64,000 nucleotides of DNA from Utricularia gibba (Eukaryota > Plantae > Magnoliophyta), in the NCBI GenBank assembly GCA_002189035.1, contig CM007990.1:3286001-3350000 (forward strand), given 5' to 3'. The translations under genes and the position numbers were made by a program. The notes under the pieces are model-generated. The model was not told where the DNA came from. It saw nothing but the letters and a program-made list of their open reading frames with translations, and did not search any database. Below, one piece after another: positions 1-12,164 of this stretch (positions within the stretch are counted from its first letter, which is position 1; each line of letters begins with the position of its first letter).

Positions 1-811
1 GAAAGATAATTCAAAATATAGAGGAAATATTTGATTTTCTTTTTTCTTTTTCATTTTCTGAAAAAATATATACTTTAAAGGTTGGGTTCTTTGTTTTTTA
101 ATTTCAAATACATGAATAATATTATTTGCCCTAAATTTCGTTAGTCAAATGAGATTAGATTTTTTTTCATTTATTTTTAATACATCTATCAAATTATAAT
201 ATTATGTTAATATTACATTGTCTCTCTCTTGTAATTGATAATCTGTTGATTTTGCATGATACCATTTAATAAGGACAGCTAATATCCATTAAATGCTCAT
301 CTTAGTTCAATTTTATTGGGGTTCTTGAAAGTTTGCATTCAGGTTTCTTCTCCCCTTCGTGTGAGTGGATCTATGGAATTTGGAAGATATTTTTTATGGG
401 GTCAAATGCAATGAAAGAGTGTTTTTGACTTTTTGATGAATCATAGAGAACTGGAAAAAGATGTTTTTTTTTTATAATCACAACCAACCTATGGTGCAAA
501 TACTATTATGGATTGGGTTTTGCATTGGTTTTGGATAAAAAAAAATGTAGCATGTTCTTCTATAATATGTTGCACGTTAAAAGATTATTAAAATGTGTGT
601 CTTTTACCCATAATTTTTTATGGATTATTGTTATTTTTTATCTAGGATTATGTGGTCTTTGTATTGTGCTATCATTAAGGGAGTCTTCTGTTCTTTGTAT
701 GCATGTTTTTAAAGATTTTCCTAATGACTTCTGTTACTCCTATCAAAATAATGGGTGTCGGTTGTCTTCGTCAATCTTATTATTGATTTCCTAGTTGATG
801 CATTTGTAGAT

Positions 812-3800
812 ATGGATACTCACATGAAGGATGAAAGCGACTTCGAATTAGACTACGGGAGTGAGGAGGAAGACTATGAAATTCTCGATGATCAATTCCC
901 CATTGAGAATGATGATTATGGACTATCTTTGCAATTTCCCGTATTCAAAGGAGTACAATCAGAAGCTCCTAACAATGATACAAGTGAAGTCCTTTAAACA
1001 TTGTTAAAATGGAAAGCGATAGTGTTTGAATACAAGAACTTATATTATTATTGTTTTTAGTATTTAAATTGTGTTTTATTTATAGGGAAGGGATAATCTT
1101 TAAATTAAAAGTTGAGGCTAAAGACACACTTGAAGAATATTGTGTTTGGGAAGAAATCCAATTTTGGTTCGAGAAGAATGATAAGCATCGTTTGATTGCT
1201 CATTGTAAAGGTAATGAAGGGGTAACATACCCGTGGAAGGTGTATGTGAAGATAACACCGATGACGGTTTGGAGTGTTTGTGAAGTCACTCCATATCGAG
1301 ACCATTGCCGGCCACATGTGAACAACAAATCAGTGAATGCACATTGGTTTGGGAATATGTATATGGATAGGCTTATTGATCGTCCGTTGATAAAGGTTGT
1401 AGATCTACTTACGGATATAAAACGTGATTGGCATGTGAAGATGTCTCCTCAAAAGGTGAGGAGAGTGAAAGAAAATGAAAGAAAGATGGCAACGAAAAGT
1501 ATGAAGAATGATTTTGAGCAACTTCGAAGTTATTGTGAACAATATTGGGTATCGAATGAAGGTGCTATCGTGGCAATACTGGAGGTAGATGATGGTAAAG
1601 ATGAGAAAAGCAAAATATGCGAAAGAGTTTATTCTTGTCTTAAGTTATGCATTTTTGAAGCATTTTTCTAATATATTAGTGGATTTTTTTTTAATTTTGT
1701 AGTATTTTTTCTTACATATTTTTGGTTGCTTTATTGTTGAATATTGTATATTAGAAGTGTATATTATTTATTATGTAATGATAAGTTAGCATTTAATTAT
1801 AGTTGGTTTATTGAATTATGTGATAATATTTGGTTTTTTTTAGTATTTTTTTGTTTTATATGTTAATTATAGGCTTGTAAAGATGGATTCCATATATATG
1901 GCTATAATGTGATCGGAGTTGATGGTATGCATATATTGAGTAAATTGAATGGGAAAATGCTAGTGGCTATGGCCTCAGATCTGAATAATTGAGTTTTCCC
2001 CCTTGCATAGGGTGTTGTTGGTAGTGAAACTTTGATGACTTGGACTTGATTTATAAAATTGCTTGCGAAAGACTATGGTATTTCAAAGGAGACGCAAGAA
2101 TCATTTACCATATATTATTCGTTTTGAGAGACTTACTTCCAAAAGTCAAGGTAATGCATTGAGTCATATATGTTATAAATTGTAAACTAATGATGTTTAT
2201 TTGATACTTGGTTATTGTATTTTGTAGTTCCGTCATTGTGTCTTGCATTTGCTCATGAATCTTAGTAAGAGTATTTCAGCGAAGTTGACAGCTGTTTTGA
2301 AGAGCCATGTGTGGGCTATTGCTCGAGATACAGCACCTAGTCAGTTTAGGCGTGCCATGGATGCACTTAGGAATGCAATCCGAAAGCATACGAGCATATG
2401 GACGATATCCCACCATCCAAATGATGTGGAGCATTTTTCGATTGAGGCAACAAATACGTCATTTTGACGAACAACAACTCAAAGTCCCTTAATTCGGCTC
2501 TCAAGGATGAGACTGGACCTAATCGAGCTTTTGGAACGGATAAACAACAAGGTTTGCGATTGGCTTGCTAAGCGTCGTCGAGATGCATCAAAATGGCATG
2601 GAGATTTATTTCCAATAATTGAGAATATTCAAAGCCAAGCATTGGAAGATGGAAGAAAGAGGCAAATGTCCGTTTGTGATCGAGATAATTACTAGTGGTA
2701 GGAGGGAACAAAAAAATATATCATTCGGTTGATCAAGCATTTATGTGATTGCAGAGTATGGAAAATTACAAGTATGTATTTTATTTTATTTTTTTGTTTT
2801 ATTATAAGAATTAATATTATATGTGTATTAGTTTTTAATATGAATATTTTGTAAATGTATTCTTAGTCGTATGATAAAAATTAATGTTATATATGTAGTA
2901 TTTTTTAGTATGAATATTTAAGATTATATTGTTAGTTTTATTATAAGAATTAATATTATATGTGTAGTATTTTTTAGTATGAATATTTTGAATTCTATTG
3001 TTAATTTTATTATAAAAATTGATGTTATATATCTAGTGTTTTTTAATATGAATATTTTTTATTCTATTATTAGTTTTATTATAAGAATTGATGTTATATG
3101 TATAGTATTTTTCAATATGAATATTTTGTATTCTATAATTGTTTTGCATTTTTGTCTATTGTATATTTAGGTATATCTTGCAAATATGCAGCCATTGCTA
3201 TCATTTTGGAAGGCCATACTTTGGTCGAATACACAGACTCTAGAGATACACGTATAGCCTATCAAAGAATGTATGACGGTGACGTTTTAAGGTTTCTAGG
3301 AGCTGAAGAATTGCTTTCTATGGCCGACTTACCACTTCCACCTGAATAGAAGTGTAGGAAACCCGGTCGGCCATCTACTTCATGAAAGCGCAGATCCTCC
3401 AGGTTTTGTCCATCAGACTCTTTTTTGTATGGATTGATTTTGGATCGATTGAATGTAATCTGTAAGTTGGTATCATGTTACACATGTGGCAAGAAAGTCT
3501 ACAAGAAAAAAGATTGCAACAAAGGTGAATTAAATGAAAATAGGGTTCAACAATTGGAAGAAGATGAAACATCCATGCCACCGGACCTGTGTATGGCCAG
3601 CATGGAAGTTGCTGATTATTGTAGTTCGATGGGCAATGAGAAAGTTGGTGAGACTTCTCATCAAAGCCCTGTGGAAGTGAAGAAAGAAAATGCTAAACTG
3701 TATCAAGAAATACCTTTAAAGACAGTCCCGATGAGTGTAGTGTACAGCATGCCATAAAGATAAACAAACAACAAAGGAGTCATCTTCAATAGTTGCGTGA

Positions 3801-3936
3801 ATACATAGGTGGAAGTCAGCAGCAACTTGGATGCTTCTGATATTCAATTGGTTCTAAAAAATAAACGAAGGTGTAAGGCTCCTCATCTACGAGTGTATGA
3901 TAAGTTAATGGACGATGTACTAGACAATATCATTGA
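812..3936 (+). pseudogene. MuDR-type transposase pseudogene (copy 1)
   Basis: Spliced fragments in ORFs 755-997, 1051-1671, 2243-2695, 3098-3349 and 3425-3757, interrupted by stops and deletions relative to copy 2. Confidence 0.85.
2790..3150. repeat. Intronic AT-rich minisatellite (~60-65 bp unit, about 5-6 degenerate copies), copy 1
   Basis: Recurring unit resembling ttttattataagaattgatgttatatgtgtagtattttttagtatgaatatttt, inside the intron that splits the SWIM motif. Confidence 0.85.
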
Positions 3937-3981
3937 GTAAGTCAATGGATATAAATCTAATAGAGTATAAATTACCTATAG

Positions 3982-4810
3982 GAAAACCGTGGCACTACAG
4001 TCACTGGGTCATCTAACGAATGTTGCATTCATCCACAACCTATGGATGCAACATGCTGTGCACAAAAAGTTTGACTTGGAAATAATTGAAAAGTAATGTG
4101 TGAGGCACAATCCATGCAACACACGTTACATCTTCTTGCCAATTAACATGAAATAAGCTTTCCTATACATATATATTCCTTATTTGCCATTAAAATATGT
4201 GTCACTTTCAATTGTCTCTATGTCTTGTAGTGGTCACTACACCCTTGCCATATTGTCTTGTCATGGATTCGATACATAGCATATCCACTCATATGACAAA
4301 TAAACTTTAGAAGTAAGCAATATGTTATATTGTGTTTTATTATGAATCTCTATTAATCTTTTTGTTATGTATTATCTATAGATTAGTGGACTCCGTTATT
4401 AAAGTGAATAGTTGGTATGATGATTGTGTGAAGGAGCTTGAGCTATCTATTTTTTGGCCAGAGACTAGTATGACTTTGCTGATATTATTTTCTTTTCCTT
4501 ATTTTAATGTTGATCAACATATAGGTCCCTAAATAAAAGGATGCAATTGAGTGCGGGATTTATATATTATACTATAGGCATCTCTTCCTCCAGCAAACTC
4601 CCAACCTTTACACTATCAAAACACATCCCTTGTTTGTAAATAATTTTTAAAATTTGTTGGTTATTTTATTAGTAGGTATCACTAAGTACTATTATGTTGC
4701 ATAGATGGTGTGAGATTGGTTCGTTGAAGAAGAAATTCGTGAATTTGCCGAATTGATGGAGATTTCTCGTCGATCTAAGAGCAGTCGGATAAGCAAACCT
4801 TCCCAAAAAA
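3982..4810 (+). pseudogene. Ulp1/peptidase C48-like domain exons in MULE copy 1
   Basis: Exons give ...FLPINM, GHYTLAIL, ...DS, VPK*KDAIECGIYILYY and DWFVEEEIREF. There is a deletion after GHYTLAIL and a TAA in place of the Gln codon seen in copy 2. Confidence 0.75.
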
Positions 4811-5409
4811 TGTAGACATTGAACTTGTTTGTTGGTATGAAATTGCAGACTTTGTTATTTGTCTAAAACACTACTTTTTTTTAATTTTTAAACAAGTATT
4901 ATACAAACAATCATAATATGCTTATGATTTCTGCATTTTTTCAGATAATTTATTTGAATTCTAATTACTATCATTCTAATTACATTTAATAAAAAAATAA
5001 ATATGTGTGTAGAAGGGTATAGAAAATACCACACGGGACTCGTGCTATATGGAGGGTGACACACGGGCGTGTGGAGGGTTGATATGGGCGTGGGTTATGG
5101 TAACCCACGCCGGTATAGTAGACAACATAAGCCATGTCCGTGTTATGTAGTAATTGAAATATTTGCTGCTTAATTTGTATTTTTGTGCTTTTTTAACCCA
5201 TAATTTAAGGATTCAATTCTAATTCAATATAAATTGTATGTTTTTATAAAATTAAAATTAATTCATAAAGAAAATGAAAAACGAAAAATAATAAATTAAA
5301 ATACTGAAAGTTCAATTCATTTTCATTAATTGCAATTTTTGTATGAATAAAAATGTTATTAACAAATAAAGATACAAAAGTATGAGCTTGATAGAAAGAT
5401 GGGTTTTCC

Positions 5410-5700
5410 ATCAAATCGAGTGCACATTTTATTAAGATGTTACTTGATTATTTGTAAATTGAATATATATTTTTTATTTAAATTTTATTTTATCAATTGA
5501 CCCTTAAATGCAAAGGGGAACGAATGCAGATTTTTTATTTTAAATTTTTATTAGCATTCGATTCTTAGATATAATATGGATCGAATGCATATTTTTTTTA
5601 TTTTAAATTTGTATTAGCATGCGACTCTTAGGTGGAATTTTGATCGATTGCATATTTTTTTACATAAAATTTATATTAGAACTCAATCATTACATACAAT
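5410..5700. repeat. Modular ~70-bp repeats with internal inverted motifs (tcgaatgca / gcattcga), foldback or MULE-terminus-like
   Basis: About three units of gatcgaatgcat-ttttttattttaaattt-tattagcattcgattcttag. The reverse complement resembles 12230-12280. Confidence 0.6.
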
Positions 5701-6140
5701 TGGGATGGAGAAGAGTCCAATGCATTGCATCTCTCACTGACACATGAACTCTCCATTTGGCATAAGATGGTGGCTTTCTAATTCATTTATCATTAAATTT
5801 TGATTTTCTTTCATATAAAATCATATTGTGACTCCATCTAAAATGAGAATACATTTTTTATCCACAAAATCCATGTCATTTATTCATTTTATACGGGTTA
5901 ACGGATTACGACCCTCAACTCATCCTGGATACAAGTCAACCCATACATACACGGGTTTACCCATATCCAGGTTGACTTGACTCGAATAAGCATAATAGAA
6001 ATTTATACCCACGTATGCAATGCTTGGTAATTACAAATCATCTTAAGAAATTTTATACCATTTTGTTAGACACAATGAATTTAAAATATGTTTGGGATAT
6101 TCAAACTTAAGAATTTAATAAAAAAATAATATAATAAAAG

Positions 6141-6790
6141 AATGTACTCTATCCTTTGGAAGACCAAGCATCGGATGCGTTATTTTTTTCTTAAAAAAAA
6201 AACAATCTATCCTTAAAAGTCATAAGTATAGAATGTATTATTTTACTTATTAAAAAAATAATGCACTTTTTCCTTAAATGATACAAGGATCGAATGCATT
6301 CTTTTATCAATAAAAAAATAATACAATAAAATACTGCACTATATCCTTAGAAGACATAAGGATAAAGTGCAATATTTGTTATTAAAATACTATTGCACTC
6401 ACTCTCCACAGGGCATGGGTTACGATAACCGATAACCGATGTCGGTGCCCCACCCTCCACACGGCTGTGGGTTACGCTAACCCACACAAGTATGCCACCC
6501 TCTACGGGTAACCCACATTGGTATGCCACCCTCCACATGCCAGTATTTTTTTAATAAAAAATACAATGTACTCGATCCTTATGTCTTCTAAGGATAAAGT
6601 AAATTCTTTTATTGTATTATTTTTTATTAATAAAAGAATACACTCGATCCTTATGTATTTTAAATATAGAGTGTATTACTTTTTAAAAAAAATTTAATCT
6701 ACCCTTATGCCTTTTAAGGATAAAGTGCCTTTTGTAATGAAAAAAATAATGCATTCGATGCTTCTATCTTCTAAGAGATAGAGTTCACAA
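6141..6790. mobile_element. Foldback/MITE-like element with ~250-bp imperfect inverted arms and a GC-rich spacer
   Basis: 6341-6371 (atatccttagaagacataaggataaagtgca) is inverted at ~6567-6597. 6288-6340 is inverted at ~6598-6652, and 6141-6192 at ~6738-6789. Spacer ~6400-6540. Confidence 0.8.
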
Positions 6791-7545
6791 TAAAACACTA
6801 CAAATGTTATACATTCATATATACAAAATTCAACTTATAGTATATTTACTTTGGCCTTCTTAAAAAAAAAGGATTTATGTATACTTTATTTTGAAAATTT
6901 TGAATACAATAAAATTATATTACAAAATTTTATTTCTAATCAATTGAACTTATAAATATCATAAACTATTCATGATACACATGTGATACTCCCATGTTCA
7001 GATTTTTTCATTGAAATTCTAGATTTTTCTACCCTGTCATTTCTCTTCTACTTGGATTCACCTACACTAGGGATGAGGGTGCTTATTTTGGCTGAGATCA
7101 TTTGTTGAGGCAAATTGAAGTAGAAGTTAGGGACAACAGTGGAAGCCTAACTTGTTTGTTCCTATCATATTTTAGGGTCATTACTTGCTTGGCCCTGCAC
7201 TGCTTGAATTTTTTTTACATTTTAGAACACCTAGTTTTATATCCTTTAGGTGGATTAATATATAATATGTCCTTCCATAATATGTTGCACATTATGGGAT
7301 TATTAAATGTGTGCTCTTTACATGTAATTTTATATGGATTAGTGTTATTTCTTCTACTAGATTATGTAATATTTTGTATTATGCTATCAAAACAGTTGTA
7401 TGTTCTTTGTATACATGTTTTCCCAGATTTTCCATGTGACTTCTGCTTTTCTTCTTGTTAGTCTCATCAAAATAATAGGTGTAGGTTGTACTCATTAATT
7501 TTGTTGTTGATTTCCTAATTGGCAATTGTAGGTATAGATACTAAC

Positions 7546-10500
7546 ATGGAGTATAAAAGTGACTTCGAATTTGATTATGGAAATGAGGAAGAAGACTACG
7601 AGATTCTTGATGACCAATTCCCTATCGAGAATGATGATTATGGGCAAGCTTTAGAAATTCATGTCTGAAGGAATACAATCGGAAGCTCCTCAAAATGAAA
7701 CAAGTGAAGGGCCTTTCAACATTATTAGAACAGAAAGCGGTAGTGTTCGAATACAAAAACTTATGTAAGTATAATTTGTTTTGATTATGTTGTATTATTA
7801 TTATTTTTAGTATTTAAAGTATGTTTTATTTTATTTATAGGGAAGGGATAATCTTTGAATCGAAAGCCGAGGCCAAAGATGCACTTGAAGAATATTGTGT
7901 GTGGAAAGGAAACCAATTCTGGTTTGAGAAGAATGATAAGCGTCGTTTGATTGCTCGTTGTAGAGGTAGTGAAGGGGTAACATGCCTGAGGAAGGTGTAC
8001 GTGAAGGTAACACCGATGATGACTTGGAGTGTTTATGAAGTTACTCCACATAGAAACCATTGTCGGCCACAGGTGAACAACAAATCAGTGAATGCATGTT
8101 GGCTTGGGAAGATGTACATGGATAGGCTCATTGATCATCCATTGATGAAGGTTGCGGATCTACTTACAGATATAAAACGTGATTGGCATGTGGAGATGTC
8201 TACTCACAAGGTGAGGAGAGCAAAAGAAAATGCAAGAAAGATGGCGATGGGAAGTATGAAGAATGATTTCGAGCACCTACGAAGTTATTGTGAACAATAT
8301 CGGTATCGAATGAAGGTGCTACCGTGGCAATATTGGAGGTAGATGGTGGTGAAGATGAGAAAAGTAAAATATGTGAAGGAGTTTATTTTTGTCCTAAGGT
8401 ATGCATTTTTGAAGTATTTTTTTTTATTTGTGGATTTGTTTTTATTTTTGTAGTGTTTTTTCTTACATATTTTTGGTTGGTTTATTGTTGAACATTGTAT
8501 GCTAGAGGTGTATTTCATTAATTATGTAATGATAAGTTAGCATTTACGTATGGCAAGTTGATGGATTATGTGATAATATTTGATTTTTTTTAATATTTGC
8601 TTGATTTCTATGTGAATTATAGGCTTGTAAAGATGGATTCCGTATATGTGGCCATAATGTGATTGGAGTTGATGGCACGCATACATTGAGTAAATTGAAC
8701 AGGAAAGTGCTAGTGGCGACGGCCTCGGATCCGAATAATGGCGTTTTTCCTCTTGCATGGGGTGTTGTTGGTTGTGAAACTTTAGTGGCTTGGACTTGGT
8801 TCATGAAATTGCTTGCTGAAGACTACGGTATTTCGGAGGAGACGCAAGAATCATTTACCATAGTTTTAGATAGAGCTCCTGCAATATTATCTGTATTGAG
8901 GGACTTTCTTCCGAAAGTCAAGGTAATGCATTGAGCCATATATGTTAAAAATTGTAAACTAACGATGTTTATTTTACACTTGGCTATTGTATTTTGCAGA
9001 TCCAGCATTGTGTCTTGCATTTGCTCAAGAATCTTGCTAGAAGTATTCCAACGAAGTTGACGGCCGTTTTGAAGGGCCATGTGTGGACTGCCGCTCGAGC
9101 TACAACGTCTGGTCAGTTTAGGCGTGCTATGGATGCACTTAAGGAATGTAATTCCAAAGCATACGAGTATATGGACAGCATCCCACCATCTCAATGGTGT
9201 TGAGCATTTTTTGATCGAGGCAACAAGTGTGCCATTTTGACGAACCACAACTCAGAGTCCCTTAATTTAGCTCTCAAGGATGCTAGGATGCTAGGAGGCT
9301 GGACCTAATCAAACTTTTGGAACGGATTAACGACAAGGTTTGTGATTGGTTTGTTAAGCGTCGTCAAGATGCATCAAGATGGCATGGAGATTTATGTCCA
9401 AGAATTGAGAATATTCTAAGCCAAGCATTAGAAGATGGCAGAAAGTGGCATATGGATGTTGGTGATCAAGGTAATTACCGATGGTCAGAGGGAACAAAAA
9501 AATACACCGTCAGGTTGACCAATAATTTTTGTGATTGTAGAGCATGGGAAATTACAGGTATATATTTTATTTTATTTCTCTTGTTTTATTATAAGAATTG
9601 ATGCTACATGTGTAGTATTTTTTATTATGAATATGTCGTATTCGATTGTTAGATTTATTATACGAATTGATGTTACATGTGTAGTATTTTTTGTATGAAT
9701 ATTTCATTAGGTTTATTATAAGAATTGATATTATATGTTTAGTATTTTTTAGTATGATTATTTTGTATTCTATTGGTAGGTTTATTATAAGAATTGATGT
9801 TACATGTGTAGTATTTTTTGTATGGATATTTTATTAGGTTTATTATAAGAATTGATGTTATATGTTTAGTATTTTTTAGTATGATTATTTTGTATTCTAT
9901 TGGTAGTTTTGTTAGAAGAATTCATATTATATTTATTGTATTTTTTAGTATGAATATTTTGTATTCTATTATGTGTTTTACATTTTTATCTATTGTTTGG
10001 TTAGGGATACCTTGCAAACATGCGGTCGTTGCTATTATTTTGGAGGGCCATACTTTGGTGGAATACACAGACTCTAGATATACACGTATGGCGTATCAAA
10101 AAATGTATGATGGTGATGTGTTCAAGCTTCTGGGAGCTGAAGAATGGCCTTGTATGGCCAACTTACCGCTACTTTCACCTGAGTGGAAGCGTAGGAAACC
10201 TGGTCGTCCATCAAATTCACAAAAGCGCAGATCCTCCAGGTTTTGTCCATCACACTCTTTTTTGTATGGATTGGTTTTGGATTTATGGTTGATTGAATGT
10301 AACTTGTAGGCTGATATCATGTTCCACATGTGGCAAGAAAGGCCACAAGAAAAAAGATTGCAAAGAGGGTGTCTTAAATGAGGATAGGGCTCAACAAATG
10401 GAGGAAGATGAAACACCCATACCACTGGAACCATGTACGGCCAACAAGGATATTGCTGATTATTGTAGTTCCATGGGCAATGAGGAAGTTGGTGAGACTT

Positions 10501-10780
10501 CTCACCAAAGCCCTATGGAAGTGAAGAAAGAAAATGCTAAACCGCATCAAGAAATACCTATGAAGACGGTCCCAACAAGTGTGGTGTACAACATGCCACA
10601 TGGTCAAACGAACAACAAAGGAGTCATCTTCAATAGTTGCGTGAATATGCGGGTGGAAGTCAGTAGCAACTCGGATGCCACCGAGCTTCAACCGGTTCTG
10701 AGAAATAAACGAAGGTGTAAGGCTCCCCATCTACGGGTGTATGGCGAGCTGATGGATGATGTACTAGACGACATCATTGA
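7546..10780 (+). pseudogene. MuDR-type transposase pseudogene (copy 2)
   Basis: ORFs 7821-8342, 8659-8934, 8994-9203, 9317-9601, 9818-10309 and 10293-10784, linked by GT-AG introns. Frameshifts include one at ~8300, where QYRYRM replaces copy 1 QYWVSN. Confidence 0.88.
9575..9990. repeat. Intronic AT-rich minisatellite (~60-65 bp unit, about 6-7 copies), copy 2
   Basis: Repeated ttattataagaattgatgttacatgtgtagtatttttt...tattaggtt in the intron between WEITG (donor at 9558) and IPCKH. Confidence 0.88.
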
Positions 10781-10862
10781 GTAAGTCAATAGATATGAAT
10801 CCAATATAGTACATATTCTATTTTTTTGGAATTTTATTCTAGATCATTGTTTTTATCTGTAG

Positions 10863-11740
10863 GAAAATCGTGGCATTGCAGCCACCGGGTCGTCTAACGA
10901 ATGTTGCATTCATCCACAACCTATGGATGCAACATGCCGTGGAGAAAAAGTTTGACTTAGAAATGATTGAAAAGTGGTGTGTGAGGCACAATCCATGCAA
11001 CACTCATTACGTCTTCTTACCAATTAACATGAAGTAAGCTTTTTTATACATATATATTCCTCATTTGCCATTAGAATATATGTCACTTTGAATTGTCTCT
11101 ATATGTTGTAGTGGTCACTACACCCTTGCCATATTGTGCAATCTTGGAGAGAAATACCAACGGTGTATCCTTGTCTTGGATTCGATGCATAGCATGTCGA
11201 ATCATATAACAAGTAACCTTCGAAAGTAAGTAGTGTGTTTTAATACCTTGTGCTATATTGTGTATTATTCTTAATCTCTGATAATATTTTTGCTATGCAT
11301 GATCTATAGATTAGTGGACTCTATATTTAAAGTGAATGGTTGGGATGATGATTGTGTAAAGGAGCTTGAGTTGCCTATTTTTTGGCCAGAGGTTAGTATG
11401 ACTTTGTTAATATTATTTTTTCCCTTATTTTAACGTTGATAAACATATAGGTCCCTAAACAAAAAGGTGCAACTAAGTGCGGGATTTATGTGTTATACTA
11501 TGTGTATCTTTTCCTCTAACAAGCTCCCAACCTTTACACTATTGAAACACACCCTTTGTTTGTAAGTAATTATCAAAATTTATTGTTTATTTTATTAGTA
11601 GGTACTAAGTACTATTATGTTTCTATAGATGGTACGGGATTGGTTCGTTGAAGAAGATGTTCGTGAATTTGCAGAATTGATGGAGATTCCTCATCGATCT
11701 AGAAGCGGCCGGGTAAGTAAACCTTCCAAAAAAATGTAGA
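10863..11740 (+). pseudogene. Ulp1/SUMO-protease-like (peptidase C48) domain in MULE copy 2, five exons
   Basis: Spliced translation: ...HYVFLPINMN/GHYTLAILCNLGEKYQRCILVLDSMH.../LVDSIFKVNGW...IFWPE/VPKQKGATKCGIYVLYYVYLFL*QAP.../MVRDWFVEEDV. His (11116), Asp (11179), Gln and Cys (11478) match the C48 H-D-Q-C arrangement. One TAA at 11517. Confidence 0.82.
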
Positions 11741-12122
11741 CATTGAACTTGTTTGTTGGTATGAGATTGTAGACTTCTTTATTTATCTTTGACACTATTT
11801 ATGCATAATATTTGTTTCTTTAAAATTTTTAAACAAACATCACATGAGCAATCATAATATGTTTATTTATACTTATGCAAACATCATACGATAGTGTAAG
11901 GATCATGTCCTTCCTTAGACTTGTCTCGAGCATTTCTCAGTCCCAAGTCCACACTGTTTATTACCGCTCGATCCGAATTGCTTGTAAGTATAGAGCGCTA
12001 ATAAACCTCAAGGCCACACGGGCATCCTTTTTATTTATTAGTGCTCGATCCAAATTGTGTGGCCTTTCTCTTAGCGCTCGATCCTTACACACGGTTCGGA
12101 ACGAGCGATGATGAATCTGTAA

Positions 12123-12164
12123 GCCACACGGGCGTGGTTTACGCATAAACCACGCCCGTGTGGC
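12123..12164. other. Perfect 19-bp GC-rich hairpin with a 4-nt loop
   Basis: gccacacgggcgtggttta-cgca-taaaccacgcccgtgtggc. Confidence 0.95.

Larger units (their letters stand above)
500..4930 (+). mobile_element. Mutator-like element (MULE/MuDR), copy 1, degenerate, carrying a Ulp1-like protease module
   Basis: Fragments encode a MuDR DNA-binding region (REGIIFKLKVEAKDTLEEYC...EKNDKHRL), transposase core (IGVDGMHILSKLNGKMLVAMASD at ~1910-1980), SWIM finger (GISCKYAAIAI at ~3170) and CCHC-like knuckle (CYTCGKKVYKKKDC). Many stops and indels. Colinear with copy 2; ends approximate. Confidence 0.9.
7250..11880 (+). mobile_element. Mutator-like element (MULE/MuDR), copy 2, degenerate, carrying a Ulp1-like protease module
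   Basis: Colinear with copy 1 from ~7260 to ~11870. Motifs: IGVDGTHTLSKLNRKVLVATASDPNNGVFPLAWGVVGCE (MULE core), CDCRAWEITG/IPCKHAV (SWIM), CSTCGKKGHKKKDC (CCHC). May extend to ~12300. Confidence 0.92.

Noticed and set aside
2979-3170. Hydrophobic membrane-protein-like ORFs (also the N-terminus of 9818-10309)
   Set aside because: They are translations of the AT-rich intronic minisatellite.
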